Positions 54,226-63,084 of a stretch of DNA of 64,000 nucleotides are shown one piece after another. The stretch is from a virus (taxonomy: Duplodnaviria > Caudoviricetes): IMG/VR virus record IMGVR_UViG_3300044711_000026, positions 4,999 through 68,998 of that record; one strand, written 5' to 3'. Within the stretch, counting starts at the first letter, position 1; every line of letters starts with the position of its first letter. The notes beneath the pieces were generated by a model. It had not been told where the DNA came from and ran no database searches. It saw only the letters and a program-made list of their open reading frames with translations. The translations under genes and the position numbers were made by a program.

Positions 54226-54429
54226 TGTCTGGTCCTTCAGTTAGACGGCGTTGGCCATATTTTTATGGAACCTATTACTATTGGTCCGCCGTAAATCAAC
54301 TGATGGCTATGCGTCGGATCAGTAATCGTTAGAGGTGGTGCTGGCTTCGGTTCCGGCTTGTCCTCGCCCAGCATGCGGGATCGGATGTCGGCAAAGTCGA
54401 ATATTAGGCTTGTCATGGCTCTTTCCTCT

Positions 54430-54630
54430 TCAATTGATCCAGCCCCGATGAATGTCCCAAATCAAGGTTGATCCTTCTGGGCTTGCTGGATAATTCTTCC
54501 CATCTGGAACATTGCAATCCGGACAAGGCGCTCCGGCCCCGCCGCACTCGCATGCCCGCTCCCCTTCCCAAGGCTTGTCACGGTGGTTTTCACATACCCA
54601 TCTGTGGCCGTCGCAGCGCTGGCAGATCAT
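54430..54630 (-). CDS. small Cys-rich protein, paralogue of 450..647
   Basis: CQRCDGHRWVCENH..KPW...CECGGAGAPCPDC. Confidence 0.65.
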   Translation of the reverse strand: MICQRCDGHRWVCENHRDKPWEGERACECGGAGAPCPDCNVPDGKNYPASPEGSTLIWDIHRGWIN

Positions 54631-54632
54631 TT

Positions 54633-54959
54633 CTACACCGCGCCCGCGTAAATATGGTCCTCGCTGGAGTCCGAGACACGGGTATATTGACCTTCCTTCT
54701 TGCGCTGGTTCCTCAGCCTGTTGGCTTCCCTCGCCTTGGATTTGCGGTTTTCCCGCTGATCGTCGCCAAGCCAATAGGATACCGTCGACGGGTTCAACTG
54801 GGTTACTTTTGCCATGCCGGCAATAGTGAAGCCAACGTCACGGAGCTTGAGAATAGCAGCCTGTCTGGCGCGACTCACCACGCCATTCCGCTCGCGGCCG
54901 AAGAACCTGGCTGGCGTAATCCCGAACTCGTCACAGACCGCATAGACAATGGATGTCAT
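54633..54959 (-). CDS. DnaA C-terminal (domain IV)-like HTH protein
   Basis: VCDEFGITP..FFGRER..VVSRARQAA..LR..GFTI..MA...NPSTVSYW. Confidence 0.65.
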   Translation of the reverse strand: MTSIVYAVCDEFGITPARFFGRERNGVVSRARQAAILKLRDVGFTIAGMAKVTQLNPSTVSYWLGDDQRENRKSKAREANRLRNQRKKEGQYTRVSDSSEDHIYAGAV

Positions 54960-54978
54960 GTAAAGATCCTCCAGCGGG

Positions 54979-55230
54979 TCATTTCAGGGCCTCATCAAGC
55001 ATGGCCTGCCATCCGGCCTTCCACGCTTTGCCGGCGAGCCAGTCGGCCTTCTCGCCTCCGCAGTCCACGGCGGCCATCATCGCCTCTGTCGGCTCTCGCA
55101 TGGCCTCGATCGCGGCGCGGGCTTCCTGCCGGCATTCCTCTTCCGCATCTGGAAAACGCCCCCACGGGATTTGACCACCATACCGCTCTTGGTGAATCGC
55201 CCTCGCCACTCGCTCTCGCATCTCGCTCAT
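54979..55230 (-). CDS. phage hypothetical protein (ARAAIEAMREPTEAM family)
   Basis: MSEMRERVARAI...ARAAIEAMREPTEAM...WQAMLDEALK. Confidence 0.65.
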   Translation of the reverse strand: MSEMRERVARAIHQERYGGQIPWGRFPDAEEECRQEARAAIEAMREPTEAMMAAVDCGGEKADWLAGKAWKAGWQAMLDEALK

Positions 55231-55231
55231 T

Positions 55232-55693
55232 TCAGGTCTCCGGTGGGGCTGGGAGGGGCATCCAGTGAGTGGGCTGCGCTGCGAATAGGCCCGCATTGTC
55301 CATCCAGTCCCATGTCTGGCCAACTTGGCTCCACCCCCAATAGGCATCGCAAGGATGCAGGTTCGTCGCACCGACCATGATCCACGTCCCATCCCTCGGC
55401 GCCGTCACGATCGGCTGCCATCCCCGAGCTTTCTTGGCGCCTTCCAGACCCGCCTGGAATCCCCAAGTAAACCAGTCTTCAGCTATTTGCTTGTTCTCGT
55501 CAGACTCAGGGGTGGCGGGGCGATCGATCGTCCGCCACGGCGAGGGCATCGCGGCGATAGCGGCTTGGGCAATGTCCAACCCCATGGCATGGGTCTGAGG
55601 TCCCAGCCATCCCGTATCGGGACCATAATCGCCCATCTTGATCCCGATCGCCCGCGCGACCAATTCCACTACCTCGTTCCCGGACTCGGTCAT
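55232..55693 (-). CDS. DUF551-like protein
   Basis: WQPIVTAPRDGT...QPTHWMPLPAPP. Confidence 0.7.
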   Translation of the reverse strand: MTESGNEVVELVARAIGIKMGDYGPDTGWLGPQTHAMGLDIAQAAIAAMPSPWRTIDRPATPESDENKQIAEDWFTWGFQAGLEGAKKARGWQPIVTAPRDGTWIMVGATNLHPCDAYWGWSQVGQTWDWMDNAGLFAAQPTHWMPLPAPPET

Positions 55694-55875
55694 TTCACAT
55701 CCTCGGACTTGAGCTTTAGCTTGACACAAAGACGCAGGAGCTTAGCGACCGGCTCCGGCGGCCCCTTGGCAGCGTAATTCTGGCCGGTCCTGGCTGAGAC
55801 GCCAAGCCATTCCCCGGCCTCCTCTTGATTGAGGCCGAGGGATTTTATGGCGGTTTTGTATTGGGCGGGCGTCAT
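55690..55875 (-). CDS. HTH (XRE-like) regulator/antitoxin-like protein
   Basis: MTPAQYKTAIKSLGLNQEEAGEWLGVSARTGQNYA. Confidence 0.75.
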   Translation of the reverse strand: MTPAQYKTAIKSLGLNQEEAGEWLGVSARTGQNYAAKGPPEPVAKLLRLCVKLKLKSEDVK

Positions 55876-56087
55876 CCTTCGGCGCGCTCGAAATAGGGAG
55901 GCTTGCCGGCGTATTTGATCACGTAGCCACGGAAGCCGTCGCCGCGCGGCGTGTTGTAGATACCGATTTGGCCCTCGGCCGCACCGCCGATGAAGTCGGT
56001 GGCGATCTTTATCACGGTATCCAGGGTATAGGCCTTGGAAACGTAATGGCTCTTGAGTGGGGGTGTGGTGTCGCAATCGAGATACAT
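55872..56087 (-). CDS. 71-aa protein, first gene of a two-gene cassette
   Basis: GGAGG SD, own promoter, ATGA-coupled to the HTH gene. Confidence 0.65.
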   Translation of the reverse strand: MYLDCDTTPPLKSHYVSKAYTLDTVIKIATDFIGGAAEGQIGIYNTPRGDGFRGYVIKYAGKPPYFERAEG

Positions 56088-56113
56088 GGAATGCCTCCGT
56101 CTCTGGTAGCCAT

Positions 56114-56142
56114 GTAATACGAAACATATTCGTATTACGCAA
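56114..56142 (-). promoter_or_regulatory. promoter with overlapping 10-bp inverted-repeat operator
   Basis: TTGCGT-N17-TATTAC; IR GTAATACGAA-N5-TTCGTATTAC; adjacent IR TACGCAAG-T-CTTGCGTA (56136-56152). Confidence 0.65.
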
Positions 56143-56163
56143 GTCTTGCGTATTCACGAAATG

Positions 56164-56367
56164 TTACGAAAGCTTATGATCGTGCCAGGTGCACAGCCGA
56201 ATCCCGAGCTTGCGCTGGTACATGTAGACGGTACGGGCCGACAGCCCCAGCGCATCGGCGAGGATGAACGGATCAACCGTCGGGTTGGCCCGGAGGTAGG
56301 CGTCACGCTCCGCGGTGAACATGCGGGCGCGGCGGATCGGGTAGAGATCGGGGGCGATCACCGTCAT
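56164..56367 (-). CDS. small HTH-like protein
   Basis: LADALGLSARTVYMYQRKLG. Confidence 0.55.
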   Translation of the reverse strand: MTVIAPDLYPIRRARMFTAERDAYLRANPTVDPFILADALGLSARTVYMYQRKLGIRLCTWHDHKLS

Positions 56368-56753
56368 TCGGCGGCGTCCTTCATGGCTCTCTCGTCTGGC
56401 TCATCGCAAGCCAACCTCATCTGCTTGATTGCAAAGTCAATTCCTGCGTTGTAGCCGCGCTGGAACGGATATTCGATCCGTCTTTCCTTGAATTTCCCGG
56501 CAATGAGCCTGTCGTAAAGCTCTGCCACCAGTTGCTCGCTCATTGCTCAGCCTTCGTTCCGAACTGGTAGTTTGCCCAGAATGATAACGCCGCGAAGATC
56601 ATAAACACCGGATGCAGCAGCACGCTCGCCATCATCGCTGCCCCAAAGGAAATACCCCAGATAAATCCCATCGTGCGTTCATTGTTCATGCGGATAGAAT
56701 CCCCGTGTTGAGCCAAAGAGGTCTGCAATGGACGAATGCGCGGAGGCGTCGCG

Positions 56754-56990
56754 TCACCCAATTACCAGTCTTTGCGTTGCCCGATCTCCAACTATCGTTT
56801 TAGCTGCTTCATAGTGCTGAATATGCCTGCAGCCCTTGCAGATATCCCAAAACCTGAAGAAATATGGCTGCGATGCTTTCGGCTTCCAGTTCGGGCCATG
56901 CTCAAACCGCTGCATCATCAATTTGCATTTCGGGCAGATGCTTCCACCTTCAATTTTGGCAGCTTTTCGTTGTTTTTCAGCTCTTCTCAC
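56754..56990 (-). CDS. Zn-ribbon protein
   Basis: GTG with AAGGGAG SD; CPKC...CKGC. Confidence 0.55.
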   Translation of the reverse strand: MRRAEKQRKAAKIEGGSICPKCKLMMQRFEHGPNWKPKASQPYFFRFWDICKGCRHIQHYEAAKTIVGDRATQRLVIG

Positions 56991-57459
56991 CTTGTTTTAC
57001 TCCCTTTCTGGAGGTCCTACAGGTTCGGTTCAGATTGGTGCATGCTGAAAGCTTCGCCGTCTCCAGCGAAGCTAACGGCTACAGTATACGGACGAGTCGT
57101 ATGCAGAGGCGTTCGACGGATCAAAGCAACCTTGTGACAGGAAGGGCCAGGTCAGCGGTCTGCCCTTTATGCTCGCTTTTGACGCAGGAACACCGGCCAC
57201 CGATCCGTCAGCAGCGCGGCTCTCCCGTGGGTCGCAATTCAACAGCGGAGCCCACTCACTTTTCATTCCGCCGCAGATTTCCGCAACAACCCTGGCTAGG
57301 CTCGCGGTTCCTGGCCCGATGGACGGGTTGCGCAATGCGGCTGAGGGGGGTTGGTTTTCTGGCTGGGGGATGCTAAGTGAGCATCTTCGGTCAGGGTCCT
57401 TGTCCAAAGAACCACCTTGATCAGCACCGAGCGGTTTGCGGCCGCGTCGGTGCACCTTT

Positions 57460-58026
57460 CTAAGGGGCTTGATGTTCATGCGTCAAGCCCCTTTCAATTT
57501 GAGCCAGCAGGTTGGCGATTCCAGCAGCAAACACGGGGTCCGCAGCCATCAATTCCTCAACCTTCCGTATCGCATGCAAAACTGTCGTATGGTCCCTGTT
57601 GCCAAATTTCTGGCCGATATACACAATCGACCTTCGTGTGGTCATTCTGGCCAGGTACATGCCGATCTGGCGGGCCCTGACCGCGGGTCGGAACCGGCGA
57701 TCCGAGAGCAGGTCAATCATGGTGACGTTTCCGAACGCGCAGACCATGCGCTGAATCGCACCGATCTTTCTGGCGGTAAAAAAGAGGTTATCCACAGGAA
57801 TTGGAGGATTTTTATACTCATTTTGCTCCGGAATGACCGGATAGACCAGAATCTCGCGCGGCTTGGCTTTGGGTTTTGAGATTGGTTCCGGCGAACGCTG
57901 TGAGGCCGATGGACATTTCACCCCCGTATCCACCTTGGCCTTGGCGGCAATGCTCAATTTGAGGGCATGGTGGCGGGCCCGGATCTCGGAAAGGCTACGG
58001 TTCTCGAGTTCGGTCCATGCTGTCAT
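57460..58026 (-). CDS. protein with DnaA C-terminal DNA-binding domain (domain IV)
   Basis: RARQIGMYLARMTTRRSIVYIGQKFGNRDHTTVLHAIRKV (DnaA signature); no AAA+ domain. Confidence 0.9.
   Translation of the reverse strand: MTAWTELENRSLSEIRARHHALKLSIAAKAKVDTGVKCPSASQRSPEPISKPKAKPREILVYPVIPEQNEYKNPPIPVDNLFFTARKIGAIQRMVCAFGNVTMIDLLSDRRFRPAVRARQIGMYLARMTTRRSIVYIGQKFGNRDHTTVLHAIRKVEELMAADPVFAAGIANLLAQIERGLTHEHQAP
57788..57796 (+). promoter_or_regulatory. perfect DnaA box
   Basis: TTATCCACA within the DnaA-C gene. Confidence 0.5.
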
Positions 58027-58409
58027 GCGCAAGCCCTCACAATCACCCGCATCCCGGACGGCGCGTGACCCCAGATCACATGCAGCCCGCGCATGTTTTT
58101 CTTGGCGTCGTTGGCGATGATCTCAATCCGCCGGAGATAGTCGATGACCGATTTGATGCCGTTGTCCGCATCGAGATTGCAGTGGTCTTCGGACAGGACG
58201 ATCGTCACGGTGAAGCGCTCCAGCCGGTCGAACTTCGGCGGATTCGCCGAGCGCTTGGCGGCCATGACGAACCGATCGGCCTGCTCTTTCCATGCGCGAA
58301 GCTTGGGCTGGGATTGCCAGTCGACACGGCGGGTCCGGTTCACGGACAGGGGCGGCGGCAGATCGAGCATGACCACGTCTTGGGCTGGGAGATCGGCAAG
58401 GGCGTACAT
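58023..58409 (-). CDS. RusA-like Holliday junction resolvase
   Basis: LPPPLSVN, DADNGIKSVIDYL..I.ND. Confidence 0.75.
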   Translation of the reverse strand: MYALADLPAQDVVMLDLPPPLSVNRTRRVDWQSQPKLRAWKEQADRFVMAAKRSANPPKFDRLERFTVTIVLSEDHCNLDADNGIKSVIDYLRRIEIIANDAKKNMRGLHVIWGHAPSGMRVIVRACA

Positions 58410-58591
58410 CAGGACCGCCTTTCGATCTTGCCGATATCTGAATAGTCGGCATAGATAACGGCATCAGCCAGTGATGAAAGCATGCAAAGGATGATGATGC
58501 GCCAACTCCATTCAATGCCGAGCAAATGAGCGCACAGCATCATCCAGATGACCCAGATAAGAGCTCTAAAAAATTTAAACTGGGGCATCAT
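58409..58591 (-). CDS. small membrane protein
   Basis: two hydrophobic stretches in 60 aa. Confidence 0.45.
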   Translation of the reverse strand: MMPQFKFFRALIWVIWMMLCAHLLGIEWSWRIIILCMLSSLADAVIYADYSDIGKIERRS

Positions 58592-58986
58592 TCATCCCTC
58601 CAGTCTATCCCATCGAAATCCCTTGGTGCCCGCAGAAAGGCCGGTAGTGCGTCCAGCCGCTCCCGGTGTGCTGCAGCTTGGATTTGCAGGAAGACGCTTT
58701 CGAGCAAGGAGCGCTCGACGAGGACAAAGGCTTCACCCGCGCTACAGTCCGACATCGCGCGCGGCCGATTCAGAGCCGAGGGTGACGGAGACCACTCTCT
58801 CGGATGTGGCGCGGGTGAACTCTGAATTGGTCCGGCCGCTGCAGGGGAGGACTCTGCAGCGGCCGGCTCACCCACGCCACAAGCCGGCATCACTGACGGC
58901 TCACGCTCACCGGGGCTGATGTGAGGCGCTGAGGATGGCGCGGGTGAAGTCTTGAAGGGGTTTGCGATGTCGAGGGCGGGGTGCAT
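58588..58986 (-). CDS. hypothetical protein
   Basis: Pro/Ser-rich with conserved-looking LDALPAFLR C-terminus; coupled. Confidence 0.45.
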   Translation of the reverse strand: MHPALDIANPFKTSPAPSSAPHISPGEREPSVMPACGVGEPAAAESSPAAAGPIQSSPAPHPREWSPSPSALNRPRAMSDCSAGEAFVLVERSLLESVFLQIQAAAHRERLDALPAFLRAPRDFDGIDWRDE

Positions 58987-59149
58987 CAGACTGGCTCACG
59001 GTTTAGGTGGAATGGCGGGCATCCGGTCCATTCGCGCAGGTCACCCTTGCTGCGAGCATCCTCCCGCCGCCATGCTTCAAGGCGGTCCAGATAATCCGAC
59101 GCGGTTTCATCCTTTTTACGAATAGGGTAACTCATGGGCTGCTGTTTGC

Positions 59150-59386
59150 TCATGGCTCAAAGGCCTCCATCGTCCATTCCAGGAAACAATCCTCGCAAAG
59201 AGCCTCACCATCATCGTTGAATGCTGTCGCGATTTCCTTGCATCCTCGCGCCTCGCATTGATGATTACCGGAGCCGTCGCAGGCCTCACATTTCCCCGCA
59301 TCCCAGACATCAGGATCGTTGCCGCCATATCTGGAATTCAGTTTGCGACCTTCGCCGCCGCATCTGGCGCATGGGAGGAAAGTCAC
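59150..59386 (-). CDS. Cys-rich (CxxCxGxG) protein
   Basis: CARCGGEG, CEACDGSG, LCEDC. Confidence 0.55.
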   Translation of the reverse strand: MTFLPCARCGGEGRKLNSRYGGNDPDVWDAGKCEACDGSGNHQCEARGCKEIATAFNDDGEALCEDCFLEWTMEAFEP

Positions 59387-59601
59387 TCCGCTACCTGTTT
59401 TTCTGCGAGATTAGCGAGGACTTCGTAAGATACCCGCTTGATGTTGCGCTCGCGGGCGGCCTCAACGACACGCTTCCAGTAGACGGAAGGTATCGAGTTG
59501 CGGTGTTTCATTACCCCAGCATGGTTCTCGGTGATGCCGATCGCCGCACTGAAGGGCGCATATCCGCCAAAGGCGTCGATAATGTCGGAGAAGTTGTTCA
59601 T
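59383..59601 (-). CDS. Cro-like HTH regulator, leaderless
   Basis: IIDAFGG.A.F.AAIG.......MK.RNSIP..YW..VV.AA; first gene of the leftward unit. Confidence 0.75.
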   Translation of the reverse strand: MNNFSDIIDAFGGYAPFSAAIGITENHAGVMKHRNSIPSVYWKRVVEAARERNIKRVSYEVLANLAEKQVAE

Positions 59602-59607
59602 GACGCA

Positions 59608-59685
59608 TCATTACGCCGAGTAAACGCGCTCGTCAAATTATTTTTACGAATGGTGTTGACTTCCGGAAATTACGCGGTGTAAGGT
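59608..59685. promoter_or_regulatory. divergent early promoters with two TTAC-N5-GTAA operators
   Basis: left TTGACG-N17-TAATGA-N6-ATG; right TTGACT-N18-TAAGGT; operators at 59611-59623 and 59670-59682. Confidence 0.7.
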
Positions 59686-59716
59686 GTGCGCATCAGATCG
59701 CTGATGGAGAGCCGCC

Positions 59717-59962
59717 TTGGAACAGACCCGCACCCACCACTTCGACAACGGCGACGTCATCACCGGGCTTTGCCCGAACGGCGAGTTCGGCGCCTACCTT
59801 GAGCGCCATGACGGCCGCATCCGTGGTTATGGCCACACGCGGTTCGCTGCGATCGCCGACCTCGTTGAATCGCTCGACCTGCAGGAGCCGGAAGACTTCG
59901 ACCGTCAGGCCGCCGCGTTCGACCATGCGCATGATCTCCGCAAGAACTGGGAGCGCGTGTGA
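59717..59962 (+). CDS. hypothetical early protein
   Basis: TTG start with GGAGA SD. Confidence 0.55.
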   Translation: MEQTRTHHFDNGDVITGLCPNGEFGAYLERHDGRIRGYGHTRFAAIADLVESLDLQEPEDFDRQAAAFDHAHDLRKNWERV

Positions 59963-60204
59963 TGCCCTACATGATTTCAACCGGCGCCCATTATCATTGG
60001 GTCGAGCGGATCACCGCAGAGACGAACACCCCCGGTGCGCTCAAGATCATCCTCCATGGGGCGGAGGACGTTTCTGACCAGCAGTTCAATCAGGCGGAGA
60101 TAACGATCTTCACTGACAACGCGGCCCTAGCAAGGCGGCTTGCCGCTGCGATCAATGAATGTGCAAAGGCCCCGGCCCGCAAGCACGAGGTGGCCAATGG
60201 GTGA
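59959..60204 (+). CDS. hypothetical early protein
   Basis: coupled 81-aa ORF. Confidence 0.55.
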   Translation: MMPYMISTGAHYHWVERITAETNTPGALKIILHGAEDVSDQQFNQAEITIFTDNAALARRLAAAINECAKAPARKHEVANG

Positions 60205-60406
60205 GCTGACGCAAGTCATGGAGATAGCTCGCCTCACCCGAGAAAACGGCGAACTGAAAGCCGCGCTGATGTCGTGCCGTACATCCTACGACGGCTACCA
60301 GATCACGAGCAATGATCAGTATGCCCAGGTGATTGATAACTTCTGGCGCGAGCTTCAGCGGATCGACAAGGCGGCGCGCACCGCTCTCAAGGAGCCATGC
60401 AAGTGA
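60197..60406 (+). CDS. hypothetical early protein
   Basis: GAGG SD; coiled coil. Confidence 0.5.
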   Translation: MGELTQVMEIARLTRENGELKAALMSCRTSYDGYQITSNDQYAQVIDNFWRELQRIDKAARTALKEPCK

Positions 60407-60684
60407 CATTCAAGGTCATGAAAGAGCGTTGCGATCAATGCCTATACGGTCCCGACAAGATCGTGAGCAATGCGCGCCGGTCGCAGATCATCCGCGAGAT
60501 CATGCGAAAAGACTGTCACTTCATCTGCCACAAGGCATCGATCGCAGGCCAAAACGTGGCCTGTCGTGGCGATTTTGACCAGCGCGGTTGCGGCCAATTG
60601 GGCCGCATCATGGGGCGCCTGAATGTAATTGAGTTCGTGCCGGAGGCTTCTTTGAAGACTGCAAAGAAGGGATCTGGCAAATGA
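60397..60684 (+). CDS. Cys-rich early protein
   Basis: CDQCLY, FICHK, ACRG. Confidence 0.6.
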   Translation: MQVTFKVMKERCDQCLYGPDKIVSNARRSQIIREIMRKDCHFICHKASIAGQNVACRGDFDQRGCGQLGRIMGRLNVIEFVPEASLKTAKKGSGK

Positions 60685-60975
60685 CCCCACAGATGCGCGC
60701 CAACCTCGACCTCGCCAGATGGCAAGCCATGCGAGAGCTTCCGCCGGAAGAACGGATCGACCGGTTGATGTCGGATTTCTTCAAGGCGCCGCTGGATCTG
60801 GACGTCCGCTATTCCGACGTGCTCGCAGCGGTAAGCGCGGAGATGGCGGAGTGATTGCATACATCGCAGGAGCCCTGACGGTCGTCATCCTCCTGTTCGT
60901 TACGTGGCAGATCGGACAGCCGAGCGACGACGATTACTCGCAATGCCGTGGCCTGGATAAGGTGGAGGATTGAAG

Positions 60976-61554
60976 ATGGAAAGCCTACACAAAGCCATCG
61001 AGGCCGCCAAGAGCTTGCGTCTGGAGATCGCGCGCATGTGTTGCGGCGACGAACAGTTGCTCGCCGACACGTTCGAGGGTGAAACCACGCTTGATGCGGA
61101 AATCCGCGCCGCTGTGCTCCTGATCGAGGAGGACGAAATTTTCGTCACCGGCATCAAGGCGCGCGAGGCCGAGCTGAAGGCGCGGCGGTTGAGGTTCGAG
61201 AAGCGCATTGAAGCAACGCGCGGGCTGATCGAGCAGGCCATGACGCTGGCGCAATGGCAAAGCCGAGAGATGGACATCGGAACTGTAGCACTCGGCAAGG
61301 CCGCGCCGCGGCTAGCGATCGACGACGAGAGCGCCATCCCTACCCAATTCTGGAAGCGCGGAGAGCCGACGCTCGACAAGGCTGGGCTGACGAAGGTTCT
61401 GCGCGAGCGCCAGAAGGCGTTGGAAGGAGTCGCAAGGATCAAAAATATCGGGGAGCGCACGGCGGCCGAGGCTGTGATTGACGATGAATTGCCGGCAATC
61501 CCCGGCGTCCACATGGAAACTGACGGCGTAACGCTGACCATTCGGAGAGCCTGA
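60976..61554 (+). CDS. Siphovirus Gp157-family protein
   Basis: LLADTFEGETTLD, R..RFEKR.E..R.LI.QAM, PTQFWK..EPTLDK, IPG. Confidence 0.75.
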   Translation: MESLHKAIEAAKSLRLEIARMCCGDEQLLADTFEGETTLDAEIRAAVLLIEEDEIFVTGIKAREAELKARRLRFEKRIEATRGLIEQAMTLAQWQSREMDIGTVALGKAAPRLAIDDESAIPTQFWKRGEPTLDKAGLTKVLRERQKALEGVARIKNIGERTAAEAVIDDELPAIPGVHMETDGVTLTIRRA

Positions 61555-61555
61555 C

Positions 61556-62503
61556 ATGAACCAGATTTCACGTATCCAGCCGGCCGGCGTCGCTTCGTGG
61601 ACCTCTCGCCAGCTCGACACCATCAAGCGCACGGTCGCCCGCGATACCAATCACGATGAGTTCGACCTTTTCATCGAATATGCGCGATCGAAGCAGCTCG
61701 ATCCATTCTCGAAACAGATCATCGCCGTCGTCTACTCCAAGGACAACGCCGAAAAGCGCAAAATGACGATTATCGTCACGCAGGACGGCCAGCGCGTCTT
61801 GGCGTCCCGGTGCCGTGATTACCGCCCGTCCGAGACAGAGCCGGAGTTCACTATTCAGCCGGATCTGAAGTGCCCGACCAACCCGCTCGGCATTGAGAAG
61901 GTCACGGTTACCCTGTGGAAGCAGGACAGCGGCGGCGCTTGGCATCCGGTCAAGGGCTGGGCCTATTGGGACGAATACGCCCCAGTCAAGGAAGAATGGG
62001 CGTTTGATCAGGAGTCCGGCAAGCGCAAGCCGACCGGGAAACTGACCATCGACGCATCTGGCAACTGGGCCAAGATGCCCCGCGTCATGCTGGCCAAGTG
62101 CGCCAACATGGTTGCACTGCGCGCCGGCTGGCCGGAAACGTTCTCAGGCCTCTATGTCGAGGAGGAGATGGACCGCGCCAAGGCGATCGACCTCACCGCC
62201 TCTGAAATGGTCGAGCACGAGCGCGAAGAGCGCCGCATGAAGTCGATCGCCATGTCAGACGACGAATACCCGTTCGTCGACCACGAGGGGACGATGACGT
62301 TCATCCCGGCCGGAAGGTACGGCGACCGCGTTATCATGATGGCCCGGAACTGCACGGACCTCGCCGAACTCGACAGCATGAAGACCCGCAACAGGGAAGG
62401 CCTGCAGCGGTTCTGGGCTCGTCACAAGGACGACGCACTATCGGTCAATGCCGAGATGGAGAAAATCCGCACCGCCCTGAATAAAACGGCAGGTGCCAAA
62501 TGA
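61556..62503 (+). CDS. bet: Bet/RecT-like single-strand annealing protein
   Basis: LDPFSKQI, DGQRVLASR, WAKMPRVMLAKCA..ALRAGWPETFSGLYVEEEM. Confidence 0.9.
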   Translation: MNQISRIQPAGVASWTSRQLDTIKRTVARDTNHDEFDLFIEYARSKQLDPFSKQIIAVVYSKDNAEKRKMTIIVTQDGQRVLASRCRDYRPSETEPEFTIQPDLKCPTNPLGIEKVTVTLWKQDSGGAWHPVKGWAYWDEYAPVKEEWAFDQESGKRKPTGKLTIDASGNWAKMPRVMLAKCANMVALRAGWPETFSGLYVEEEMDRAKAIDLTASEMVEHEREERRMKSIAMSDDEYPFVDHEGTMTFIPAGRYGDRVIMMARNCTDLAELDSMKTRNREGLQRFWARHKDDALSVNAEMEKIRTALNKTAGAK

Positions 62504-63084
62504 TCCTGTTTTTCGACACCGAGACTACTGGGTTTTTTGACGATCGCCTTCCGGTCGATCACGAGGCGCAGCCCTATATCGTCCAGCTTGCGGCGCAATT
62601 GTGCGAAGACAGCGGGGAACCTGTCGGTGGGTTCTCCTTCATCGTCCACTATCCAGGCGTTTCCATTCCGGAGCGCGCAGCGGCGGTGCATGGCATCACC
62701 ACCGAGAAGGCCGAGAAGCTCGGTATCGAGCCGGAATATGCGATGTCTGCTTTCGAACACCTATACCGCCGCGCCGATCTGGTTTGCGCCCACAACATCA
62801 AGTTCGATAAGGGCGTGATCGAAACGGCAATTGCCCGTCACTATGGCAAGGCAATGCCACTACGAAAGCAACTGTTCTGCACGATGGAAACGGCCTCGCC
62901 GATCGTCAATCTGCCACCCACAGAGAGGATGCTTGCCGCCGGCTTCACCAAGCCGAAGCCTCCAAAGCTGGAGGAATGCATTCGTCATTTCTTCGGGGAG
63001 GAATTGGACGGCGCACACGACGCAATGGTCGATCTTGCTGCATGCAAGCGTGTCTATTTGGAACTGAAGAAGGTCGCAGGATGA
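62500..63084 (+). CDS. DEDDh 3'-5' exonuclease
   Basis: FFDTETTG, AHNIKFD, AHDAMVD. Confidence 0.9.
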   Translation: MILFFDTETTGFFDDRLPVDHEAQPYIVQLAAQLCEDSGEPVGGFSFIVHYPGVSIPERAAAVHGITTEKAEKLGIEPEYAMSAFEHLYRRADLVCAHNIKFDKGVIETAIARHYGKAMPLRKQLFCTMETASPIVNLPPTERMLAAGFTKPKPPKLEECIRHFFGEELDGAHDAMVDLAACKRVYLELKKVAG

